Source: Psammoneis japonica (lineage: Eukaryota). Taken from it: 64,000 nucleotides of DNA. Made by a program: the position numbers and the translations under genes. The notes under the pieces were generated by a model. That model worked only from the letters and a program-made list of their open reading frames with translations. It had not been told where the DNA came from and did no database searches. Location: contig QPGO01000055.1 of assembly GCA_008632985.1 (NCBI GenBank), positions 349,100 to 413,099 on the forward strand, given 5' to 3'. Below are positions 1-11,236 of the stretch, one piece after another (the first letter of the stretch is position 1; each line of letters opens with the position of its first letter).

Positions 1-3000
1 GCGAGCCGGGTTCTACATGTGAGAATCCCACACCGCTAAAGGGAGCTACCAAAAAGGCGCTTCGTCAGCTGATTGCCGTTTCTAGCGACGACAACCCATT
101 TATTCGGGATGTTACCTTTCCGCGGACTGGATCGGCATGCGACGATCAGGACATCGACGTTGAGATCGAAATTCAAGTTGTGCGTCGCTGAGAAGGTTTC
201 TCTTTAATTTGTCTTCCTCTCCTGCTTGAAACTTACCATTTTGGTTCTGCTCTGCACTACAGGGAACAGATTGTTGGAAGCATGTACACCCGGAACATCT
301 CGGAGTATGGGATGTTACATATTGGTAAGGAAGATTGTCTCTTTCGACTTCATTCTTTCGACAACGTTACCAACTTTATTCTTTCTCTGTCGTACTTTTT
401 ATCCTCAGGACAAGTGGAAAGACCCATCCAGGTAATCAAGACGCTGCAAATGCCGGTCGTCCAAACCCAATTACCAAGTGGTTGGACGGAGGCCAACCAG
501 TTCTGGTATATCCCGCAAGTCATCCAATGGAAGGCACGTTGAACCATAGCATGAGTCGTTGGGATGCAAATTATGGCAAGTTCGAATATGTTGGACGATT
601 CGGGGACACGTTGAATTACCGTGACCTTCCAAGCAATCTGCAAACAGAAGCTGTGTCTGAGTTCTATGGTGCAAATGCCGGAGCAGAAGGGACAGAGGTA
701 CTGATCTGTGGGAGCCCTGGAGAAGTAGCAAACGACGAACTCCTTGGCGATAATTTCGACGTGGCCAGCGACTTCTTCCGCGATACAACACCTCGGTGAG
801 TGAACTCCACCCCAGCATCGCTAGCTCTACAACAACCGTGACTCTTTCTGCAGCATGATTGGAGCTTCCGGTGACTTTCCAGTGCGCGCATAAATCTCGT
901 CGTCTCCATTCTCATTTCCAACGCTTCTACGCCCATTCTTTCTCTGTCCCAGGTCTATGCTCTCGAGACAAAGGGAAATTGTGTGGACAATGATTGCCTT
1001 ATTTGGCAAAGATCAGCTGCGACAACGTATGGCTTGGGCCCTCAGTCAAATTCTTGTCATTGCGAAGCAATCCATCAGCGTGGAAGGCAAAGACACAGAG
1101 ATTAATCTCAATTTCTACGATATCTTCGTCAGAAACGCGTTCGGCAATTATTTTGACGTGTTGCGCGAAATTAGCTTTTCGCCATTAATGGCGGAGAATC
1201 TCTCATATGTGAATTCTCGTTCGTCGGCGTACATGCTTGAGAAGTACGTTCGCCACGAATACGCAGACGAGAACTTTGCCAGGTACGAATGTGCAATCAA
1301 CATTAGGTTGAGACGCTTCATGAAAGCACATGGATACTCACACTTTGTTCCTCCTTCGTTGACTTCAGAGAGATAATGCAGCTCTTTTCCACCGGACTGG
1401 TCTTACTGAACGTTGACGGCACTCCTAAACTTGACGAAAATAACAAAACGATTGAAGTATACACGAATGCCGACATTCGCTCTTTTGCCCGCGCATGGAC
1501 CGGCTTTTCGCGACAAGTTGGGCGTGGTAACTACGAAGATATCGATAGTTCAAACCGACTGGATCCTATGCGCCTTATTCCAGAGTGGCGAGATCGTTTT
1601 CCAAAGACGGACCTATATGGAGGTTACATTGGCGATGGATATCCTTTGTGTGTTGACTTACCCGAGAAGCAGTTCCTGCGGAAGGGCGCAACGTATAGGC
1701 TGTTGGGGAGATCGGCTCTTCCGGAGTTGCAATACGATCAATCTCAATATACGAAACGTTTCACTCTGGACGAGAAAGACTCGTCTCTGTTTTCTGAGCT
1801 CTGTGAAGACCAAGGGAACGGGTGTAAGTTTGAAAACCAGGTGGTCCTTGACAAAAATCTAAAATGTCACGGACTGGAGTGCAGCGTTGATACTGTCCGT
1901 GTTGTGGAAGTCACGCCCGGAATGTTCTACGAATACGTGCGCCCACCTTGCGTTGAACACATTGTCTTCGAGAACGGGATGAAGCTAAATAAAGCGACAA
2001 AGAGAAGACCTCCAATCTGTGGCAATCCGCTTCTCCCTATTGCGACATCTGCATGCTGCGAAGAACCAGACTCTTATACTGAAGCAATCAGTAGTAATTA
2101 CTACGAAGGAGAGCGGATGACGTTTGCGACTCAGGATGCACGATGTGCCTCGATTGGGCGAAGCTCTTGTGAATATGACCACGCTGACAGGGGTGCAGAG
2201 CACTACTGGCAAAATGATCTCATATACCGTTGGGCTTTTGCTCCGTGTACGATTAAGATCAAAATCAATCCTGAAGGTGAAGTTGCGATCGTTCACGATG
2301 TCACAACCATTTCAAGTGGCAAAGTTCCTCACATCAGCGACGAGAATCGCAATTACTTTGGGGTAGCTTGGAACGACGGCGGCTTTCCACAGGCTTCCCG
2401 AGACGATTGTGGCATCTGTCAGAAAGTGGAAGGAAATAACTGCTTGTGCGAGACCTCCGTGAAGGAGGAGGCAGTGTTCACCGGTGATCCAGAAAGCGCG
2501 GCAGCTGTTCTTACCAAGTTACATGTTGGTGCGCCAGACCCAAGATCTTTTGACGATGGCACTTTTTCATCAACCATCGTGAATGATTTTATCGTCCACA
2601 GGACAGAGAACTCGTATTCGTCTAGCACTATCTTTCAGGTGAAAGATGATGCTGGCCGAACACGGTACCTAAAGAATGTAAAGTCAACTGTTTTCCTTGA
2701 AGATGGGAACGGCAAGAGGACTGGAAATTCATTCAGGAACCCTGTCCATTTCATGAGCTTGGTGCCGTCAGAAGCGACGGCAAGAGATGCCATGTACGAG
2801 ACAGAAGCGACATTACAGCATTACTTTTATCATTCAAACACCGCGCCCTTTTTGTGTCTTCGTTTCATCCAACGCTTTGGTATCTCAAACCCCAGTCCAC
2901 GGTATGTAAAGGCATGCGCTACTGCATTCCAGCGCGGCGACTACCAGTCACAGGGAATCAGATATGGAAAAGGAGAATACGGGGACTTGGCCGCCACGGT

Positions 3001-5227
3001 CGCCTCGATTCTTCTCGATCGTGAAGCCCGATCCGTAGTACTTGACGCGGATCCTTCCTTCGGCTCGATCCGTGAGCCTGTCATGAGAGTTATTGGCTTA
3101 ATGCGTGGTTTGGACTTTCAAATGAGGGACAGTAAGCGAAAGGGTGAAACTCCATTGGCTGTGTTCAGGGATTTAAACGAATACATTGGACAAATGGCAC
3201 ACGAGCACACGTCTGTATTCAGCTTCTTTCTTCCGGAGTTTGCACCTGAAGGATCTGTATCGAGTGCGTCACTTGTGGCGCCCGAAGCACAGATGCTTGA
3301 CATGCCCAAGAGTATCGACCTCGTCAACGGTTTGCACGGTTTAATTCAATACGGCCTCTCTCCTTGTTTCTATGATATGAGAACTGGGCGTCAGTTTGGT
3401 TTTGGCGTTGTTTCCGACCCTCCGGTGGGCTACGGAGGCTGCCGGGACAACGGGAAGTTTAGCAGAGCTTCAGGAATGTTCATGTATGAACCCTCGGGTG
3501 AAACTTCCGAAGCAATTGTCGATGAGCTCGCCACTCTTCTGACATCAGGAAGGCTCAGCACCGAGAACAGGAAACATATTGCTGCTGCTTTCGATGCTGC
3601 GGTGGTTGACGTTGATGCACGTGCTGGCTTACGTATAGCACAACAATTGATCACCACGACTGGGGAATACCACACAACCAATACAGTAAAGCAGACAGCG
3701 GAGTCTCTGCCGGAGATCCTTCCCCCCCCGCCCAGTGTGAACGAGTTCAAGGCAGTTGTTGTTCTCATGCTGGCGGGAGGATGCGATTCTTTCAACATGC
3801 TCGTCCCCAACGAATGCTCTGCGGATGATGGCGGCGTTGACGCATACACGCATTATGCTGAAAGTCGAAACCCTGCGCATCTCTTGCCTGAGAATCTTCT
3901 TCCAATTGACGCCAGCGGGCAGGTGGGCTGCAGCACCTTTGGTGTCCATGAAGAGCTACCCATTGTTCAAGACCTATACAACGACGGAGACCTCGTCTTC
4001 TTTGCAAACACTGGAGTCTTGGGCAAGAGCTCTACAAAGTCAAACTACAGATTCAACACACCGACGCAACTGTTTGCTCACAACACTATGCAATACGAGA
4101 CACGAGCTTTAGATGTTTTCAGAGAATCCGCTGGCGCGGGTGTACTGGGACGTTTGACTGACGCACTAGGGAAAAGTGGTGTAACTACTGTTTCTACCGC
4201 TTTGGATGCAACATCCAGTATCTTGGCTGGAATCCCTGGTCAATCACCAACCCCGTACGTTGTCAGTCAGAATGGAGTCCGCCAATTCATGCCACAAGAT
4301 GCAGCCACTATGAGCAGATCCGAAATGATTACTGCAATCAAAAACCTCAACAATGCCACTACCCCGGATAGCGGCTTTATGGCCAAGACATGGTCAAAAT
4401 GTTTGATTGAATCGCTCTTTCAAAATGAAGAGCTGCACGCGGCACTCGAGGGTGCCGAAGTAACTTCCGATTTTGGTGACACCGAGTTGGGACGGAAATT
4501 CGATATTGTTTCAAAGATGATACAGACTCGACACACGCGTGGAACAGATACTGAATTTTTCTTTGTAGAACTGGGCGGCTTTGATACGCATTCAGATGTG
4601 GAGGTGAATTTGAAGAATTTGTTTAGCATGGTTAACTCTGGCATTCAAGGTCTCGTTAAGGAACTGAAATCCATGGATTTGTGGGACAATGTGGTCATAT
4701 TACAAACGTCGGAATTCGGTCGGACACTCTCTCAAAACTCTGGTGATGGTACGGATCATGCCTGGGGCGGCAACTACTTTATGGCCGGCGGAGCCGTCAA
4801 GGGCGGCAGAATCTTGGGAGAATATCCTTCCGACATGTCTGAGAATAGCGACATTAATGTGGGAAGAGGACGACTCATCCCCACAACGTCTTGGGATCAG
4901 ATCTGGCCCGGCATCGCGCAATGGACCGGCATCACCAAGGCTGAAGATTTTGACAATATCTGCCCGAATCGCGGCAACTTTGATTCCGTATTTACTGCGT
5001 TTGATTTGTTTGAGAATACGCCTCAAGATCCAATCCCAGAACCCGTTCCCGAAGGCAACGGAGAGACGTCTACACCTGGAGAGCAGCAGCCTGGCGAAAG
5101 CCCCTCTCCATCACCCACGGCGTATCCCAATGCAAACTCGGAATCGTCCGCAGTACCCCACGTGGTTGTCTCATTTACTTCCAGCATGCTGGTCCTTTTG
5201 GTCCTAACAGGGATTCAACTAGTCTAG
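1..5227 (+). CDS. DUF1800-DUF1501 fusion protein, 5' end outside the window; probable cell-surface or GPI-anchored protein
   Basis: Exons read by eye: <1-179, 263-324, 409-795, 953-1282, 1369-5227, all GT..AG introns that keep frame. DUF1800-type motifs: DQLRQRMAWALSQILV, ADENFAREIMQLF, SNPSPRYV, GSIREP. DUF1501-type motifs: LAGGCDSFNMLVP, GGFDTHS, SEFGRTL, GTDHAWGG, GRLIPT. Ends in a P/S/T-rich linker and a hydrophobic tail. Colinear with the paralog at 41399-48430. Confidence 0.85.
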
Positions 5228-5599
5228 TATCTTTCGGCAAGTGCGCATTGGATGCACATTTGTAGGAGATAAGTTAGTGAGTAACGTTCGAATGAATAAC
5301 AACAAGAAGAAGCTGATACTTCTCAATGGATAGTTCGGAGATTGGAATACGCTCAACAGACAAAACCCCACACAACTGAGATTGTCGAAAGACAACTGAG
5401 CCGAGACGCGGTCCGTATGAATTCGTCTCAACGGGAGCACTCTTTTATCGTACTCCCGACAAGGCCACCACCGGCAACTTACACAACAATAGAACAGCTG
5501 ACAAGCTCCACTTATACAAAACAAGAGGCGTTCTTCTACTCTAGCGCTCCGCTATTTCGCAGAACACTTGAAACTCCCTAACAACAAGTGAACGCGACG

Positions 5600-6640
5600 A
5601 ATCCATAAAACATGCAGGCGATCAGCACTGAAATGGTCCAACACCACACATCGATGACAAGCCTTGGGGGAGTGTCGTACCGTAATGAATATCCCAGCGT
5701 GGACCCAACCTGAAAGAAAAAGAGCAGTGTGGTGCGAAAACAGAAACCATGACATCAAAGTGTGCAACAACATCGCAAGCGCTGCGACCGTCATTGTCGT
5801 CCATTGACGTACGTGCGGAATGAATGACACGCCAATAAAGATTGCTGTGCTGCACTTTTGGTGTTTCCACTTCCATTGTTGTTCAAAGCGTGTTTCAAAC
5901 ATTTGTTTGAAACACGCCAATGTCAAAAGTTGACAGAGATCGGTCGCGCAGGACAACATTTGCCTGAAAAGCACCATCAGAAGATGGAGCTTAAGCTTCT
6001 GCGTGTCTTCAGGTGACGGGGATGGAGTGGGAAAAGTGTAGCTGGAAAACAACTTACGAGAACAGATGTCGCAAAATGACAAGGAAAGAAATGGTTCGGC
6101 CCCAGTGGCTCCTGGCAATGGCACATCCCATCGAAGTGCATCTTTGGTCAATTCTCTTTTCCTTTCCTTGTGCATCGTACGATGCATTGTTCACGTTCAT
6201 TGTCACAGCACGAAGTGCTTCCAAACATTGCTTGATTCGGCTGACAGTGCTTTTGATGACACGCCACTGTTGAGCTGCACTTGGCGTTGCAGAGGGAAAT
6301 GCCGAGGGTTCCGTTCAAGGGTTGGTCATCACGTCAGCTGGCCGAGTGGGAGGGGCAGTCAACGGGACTTTACTGGTTGGCAATGTCGGGACAGATGATG
6401 GACTGGAGAAACATGGACTCCAGCTCGGAGACACTCGTTCGATTTGCCCCGACCTCCGCGGACTTGACTGGCAACACCTGCGCCACCTGGAGACAACACG
6501 CCATCAAGCACAACGAGCTGTGGAATGCCATGCAAGAGCCAGCTCTCTGTTGTCCACAGGATTGGTGAGCCATCCTAGGCGATCGCGGCTTGGCAAACAA
6601 ACAGCACATCATGAGAGACGCGACGAGTTGTGATCGAAAA
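5600..6640. other. Partly TpA-depleted, CpG-retaining degenerate sequence (probable repeat or duplicated remnant)
   Basis: Few TpA and many TG/CA; ORFs are Cys/His-rich and Tyr-poor with no recognisable domain. Boundaries approximate. Confidence 0.45.
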
Positions 6641-7047
6641 ACGAGCGCGAAAGAAAAAGCTTTGGGAGATTTTGAGTCGTACTACATTAACATGACCGTT
6701 GCTAAATTTCTCGACGACTGTCATTTTTGTGTGTCTTCGTAAGATTAATGCGATGATTTCGTGTGTAGAACATTGGTGGAAACTCTCCGTTTTCAAAATC
6801 ATTGCCAATTCCTACGTGTGCAACGGCATCGAAATTCTAGTCATAGCTGGCTAAATGGACATCTAACATTTTAGTCATGAAACATCTCATTTAAGCCCAT
6901 TTAACATTTAGATTTTCAGGACAATGGGAAATGACTCTTGTGTGGCATTGTGACTCTACAATGTCCTTCCCACCGCAACAACAAAATGTTGCCAACTCTG
7001 CTGTCCTCACAATTTTCTCGACTCGGTGTTTTTGCTTCCCGAAAAAC

Positions 7048-7932
7048 ATGAAGCTCTCAAAGACCCCCCTCGTCTTTGCCTTCCTTGGATTGGCCGCCGT
7101 TGCGCAAGCCTCAGGTGTGTTGACTGCAATCGGCTGACACCTTCGCATGATTGAAAACCCAATTGTAAATTTTGCTCACTCTGGTTCTCACTGCATCGTG
7201 ATGACTGTAGACGCCATGTACGACCCTGACACCTCGACAGGTGCCGTTCTCATTGATGACGGCAGCGAAGAAAAAGGTCGTGGTCACGGAAAGCAGGATC
7301 GCCCCATCAAGGACAAGCCGACGACTCCGGCGAAGAAAATGCTGAGGACTGGCAAACCAGACGACCGGCCGGTGGAAAAGGAGGAACGCGAAAAGCCAGA
7401 CAACGAGCCTGCCATGACCAGAACTGGCTACACGGAGAAGGAGGAATGCGAAAAGCCAGACAACGAACCCACCATGACCAGGACTGGCCACACACCGAAG
7501 GAGGAACGCGAGTCAGAGCGTGAAAAGGACAAGGAGGATCGTGAGTCGGAGCGTGAAAAGGACATTGAAGAACGCGAAGAGGAACGCGAAAAGGAAATTG
7601 AGGAACGCGAGGCGGAACGCGAAAAGGAAATTGAAGAACGCGAGGCGGAACGCGAAAAGGAGAAGGAAGAGCGCGAGGCGGAGCGTGAAAAGGACATCGA
7701 GGAACGCGAGGCAGAACGTGAAAAGGATGTTGAAGAACGCGAGGCGGAGCGTGAAAAGGACAAGGAGGAACGCGAGACGGAGCGTGAAAAGGAGAAGGAA
7801 GAGCGCGAGGCGGAACGCGAAAAGGACATTGAGGAACGCGAGGCGGAACTCGAGAAGGAAAAGGAGGAACGCGAAAAGCCAGACAACGAGCCCGTCAAGA
7901 AACGCGCAAGGAAAAACAAGCCTGAACAATGA
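7048..7932 (+). CDS. Putative secreted, highly charged E/R/K repeat protein (about 262 aa)
   Basis: Exon 1 (7048-7114) encodes the signal-peptide-like MKLSKTPLVFAFLGLAAVAQAS. Intron 7115-7210 (GTGTGT..TGTAG) joins in frame to exon 2 (7211-7932), which carries EEREAEREK repeats. Confidence 0.6.
7381..7893 (+). repeat. Coding tandem repeats: two 60-bp units, then eleven 33-bp units, then a partial 60-bp unit
   Basis: EE(R/C)EKPDNEP(A/T)MTRTG(Y/H)T(E/P)K twice (7381-7500); EEREAEREK(E/D)(I/K/V)-type unit eleven times (7501-7863); EEREKPDNEP again at 7864. Confidence 0.9.
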
Positions 7933-8099
7933 TCTTCCGCGTGTGCTAGCGAAAGGATTGTTCGGAGTTTTGTTGCTGGATTCGTTGCGTCACTTTACAG
8001 TTTAGCTGCTGACAATGTGGCTGTAGCAACCCAAATGATGTCGTAGACATCTGGTTCTGTAGCCCATTGTTTCACCCTCAACATCAGCAAGACAGTCAT

Positions 8100-9720
8100 G
8101 TGTCATTGTGAACTGATGTAGCTTCGGTTCAGGTAGACCACATTTCATGCCGGCAGATGACAAAGACTGCAAGGGCACAATAAAAGCTTTGTGAAGGGCG
8201 AATTCCTCATGCCGCATGTGCATGGCACCACATGCTGGAAAAGCGGATTCCAGATTCCAGGAGGAGTTCGCGCATCAGCAGCGCAGTTTTTGTGTGCAAG
8301 AACAATGACGACGGCGACGAAGGACACGCTGTTCACTGTTGAACAGAAAGTCCTCCATGAATCATCATCCCGACACTTCTCTCCAAGAGCCTCTTCTTGT
8401 TGCTAACAACACCAACATGAAGAATCCTCAGCAAGAGAAGAGTGCCGGCAGCGCTGCTGACTGGAGTCAAGAGTGCGCGGATCGCGCGTCTGTCTGTGCT
8501 CCTGCTGATTGAAAGTTGAACAATTCAGAAGCAAAGAAGTGTCACTTGAAATGCGATGCCACCCGTAACTTGTTGCTGATTGCATCATGCGATGGACGCG
8601 TTCCAGCCCCAGGTGGGAGCTCGCAGCACTGATGTGTGACACAAACAATTTTTGTCATCCGTCGTATGTTTTGCACGTAGATTTCTACGAGTGACATTTA
8701 AAAAAAATTGTCCAGACTCGCTGTTTTGCTAAGCCCCAGACGTTTTATGTGATGAATTTATAGAAACAACAGCGCGCCAGTTGCATTTTTCAATGTCTGA
8801 AGAGTGCAGCTGGCTGAGCAAAAAATGATGTGCTTCAATCATGGGCGAGTTTGTGCGTTCGCAAAATTGCCTCATTTTCTGTTGGCGATCATTGACATTT
8901 TAATCACCGCATGATTTTACTGCGGAGCTCGCACACAGAAGTCTGTGGGCCCAATGTCACACGGATTCCCGCCTGCGTCTGGAACGCGTCGATGACAATG
9001 AGGAGGCATTGGATGCCATGGACGTGCTCGTGACATTGTTGGTCATGCGGAACTGGAATTGAGTTTCTCTGGAAATCATCATCAGGAAGAGGAAGAGCGA
9101 CCCGCTTCATCAGCACCCGAAGACGTGTCTGGAAGTGCCAACTTGCATGTTTGTGTCTGCCCCTGTCATGATCCATCACAAGAGAAATGGCTGTCACAGT
9201 GTGGAATTGCTGCTCATGAGCAGATTCGCACTCCACATGTTTAGAACTGTCACTTGCCAAGAAGTCGGTGGACAACAGGCAAACTGAAAATGTGACTGGA
9301 GCGACAGCAGCCAATTCACCACATGCATGTGGAAGATTGAACCAGTTTTCAAACTTTTGAATGCTGCTGCAATCGCGATGAACAGCATCTTGAAAAATCG
9401 CTTGGAAGTGAACCACTGGTCGATTTGGTTTCGAAGACAAAAAATTGAAAACGTTTCGCAAGCTGCCAGCTCTCAGCTTGGCAGCAGACAGTTCCGCAGC
9501 AAGTTCTTCTTCTTGTTGGTCGGCCCACTTTCGGACCCATTTGAGAAGCACATGGTTGGCAAGAAAGAGTGCATCTAGCGTGACGAGGACGCCAATGAAG
9601 GTGAGTGAGACCGCCATTTTTTCATGTGCGAATGCAGCCGCATTGGTGTTGCTCTTTTCCAACAGCAGGAGGTCGCCGACACAAGATGACAATCTCGCCA
9701 AAAAGTGACTGCGTGTGCGC
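8100..9720. other. TpA-depleted, CpG-retaining block containing a Tyr-free degenerate ORF (8904-9701, minus strand)
   Basis: By eye, 2 TpA in 8921-9720 against 9 TpA in the next 60 nt (9721-9780). CpG is still common. The 265-aa ORF has no Tyr. Confidence 0.6.
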
Positions 9721-10681
9721 GGTTATTAGACTGTGTAGGTGTGTGTACGTGTGTGAGGTGTAAGTAGGATATACGTAGAATTACTACTGAGTGATTGACA
9801 TGCCGTGGATCTACGTGGTCTACATGGAACATAAATTTATGTTGGTCTCTGAGGCTATTAAATATCATTGATTTTGCTAAGGCCTCTAATATATGTATAT
9901 ACCAATTCAAAAGTCTGACAGAACACCCCAAAAGAACTCTGGAATCTGGATAAAAAAAATTTCTATTTAACGGTGCGGACAGGGTCGCCCCGAAGCGCTT
10001 CTCAAAATATTTTCAGATTGAATACAGTAAAACATCTACTATTACCAAAACAGAGTTATTATCGGATAAATAGATCCCGTGGTCTTCGCGCGCAAACAAC
10101 ACGATAACGCACAACAACACCATGGCGAGAAACGCGAACGCCGTCCCCTCATCTACAAGCTGGGAATACGAGATACTATTGAAGTGGTTGGACAATATGT
10201 ATGCGCTGTATTCATGGGTCAAGTTGGGTTTCTTCTCGCTGCTTGTTGTTGCGTCATTTTACAACGTTTTGACCCACGCCGTGTTCTTTGCTTTGTTGCT
10301 TCTGCTCGCGCGCCACCAACAGCTCTTCCTGCAGGGTATGGCTACAAGCACGGCTGCATCGAACCCAAACGTGCGCGACCAACTAGCCCTACCCCGGCTA
10401 ACTCATAAATGAATATATTTTAATATATTTGAAATTTCTTTCCCGTTGCGGTACTCCCAACGGCAAAACATACCGTTGTTCTGTGGTACAAGAAATTACG
10501 TTGATTTCTACGGAATCGCATTTAGCGAACTCCAACGCCATCTGCGTGCATCGATCCTTGCAATGCACACACGATACACACAATAACAAACTTTTTGCAC
10601 ATCACCCACCCTTTAGAGCTAGAGTCTATTGTATTTTTCTCAAGACTTCACTCCAAACTCCTCATTTTTGAGTGCTGCACC

Positions 10682-11236
10682 ATGGAGGTACAAGATCTCT
10701 CTAAAGCAAAACGAGATCCGTTGATTCAGCAGTGACAACAAAAGAAGGATCGAGAGCAGGTGCTGATCTCGCTGCTGAAAAAGGAACGAGATCTTCGGGT
10801 TTCCCCTGAAATTCAGCGCGAAATGCAAGTCGCAGAGTCGTCCTACGAAAGCGAGTGGATGGATGTCGTTGAAGAATTGCAACAGAGAATCGTGGCGCAA
10901 CACAACGCCCAGAACCCGCTTGAACAGATCAGTCTAATGGACCTTCGCCTGGCAGCAGAGCGGCACCCAGACGTGGCGTTTTGGATCAAATACAACCGGG
11001 CTCGATCAGGAGACTTACGAGTGGGTGATATGGCACCCAATGTACCGTTGGTTCGTGCAAAGGACAATCAGAACTCGTGTCTTCTGGGACCAGATTCAAA
11101 GCGGTGTGTTGTCATGGCTGGATCGTGGTCCTGACCCCCGTTTCGCTACTTGGGTCCAGCCTTGTACCAAGTGGCGAAGAGTAACCAAACCGATGGAAAC
11201 GCAAAGTACGAGTCGACATTGACCAAAACAGGATGA
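10682..11236 (+). pseudogene. Iodothyronine deiodinase-like selenoprotein, N-terminal half only (truncated)
   Basis: ATG at 10682. The frame reads GDMAPNVPL...VVMAGSWS-TGA(11132-11134)-PPFR, matching the deiodinase GSxS/T-Sec-PPF active site. There is a second in-frame TGA at 10733-10735. Similarity stops after YQVAK (about 11179), and the downstream VYIxEAH motif is missing. Confidence 0.65.

Noticed and set aside
6281..6568. Weak resemblance of WSSRQLAEWEGQSTGLYWLAMSGQMMDW to a cytochrome-b5-like steroid-binding domain
   Set aside because: Too short and degenerate to support without an HMM search.
10122..10412. 96-aa hydrophobic ORF in AT-rich DNA
   Set aside because: No motif or splice support; may be chance.
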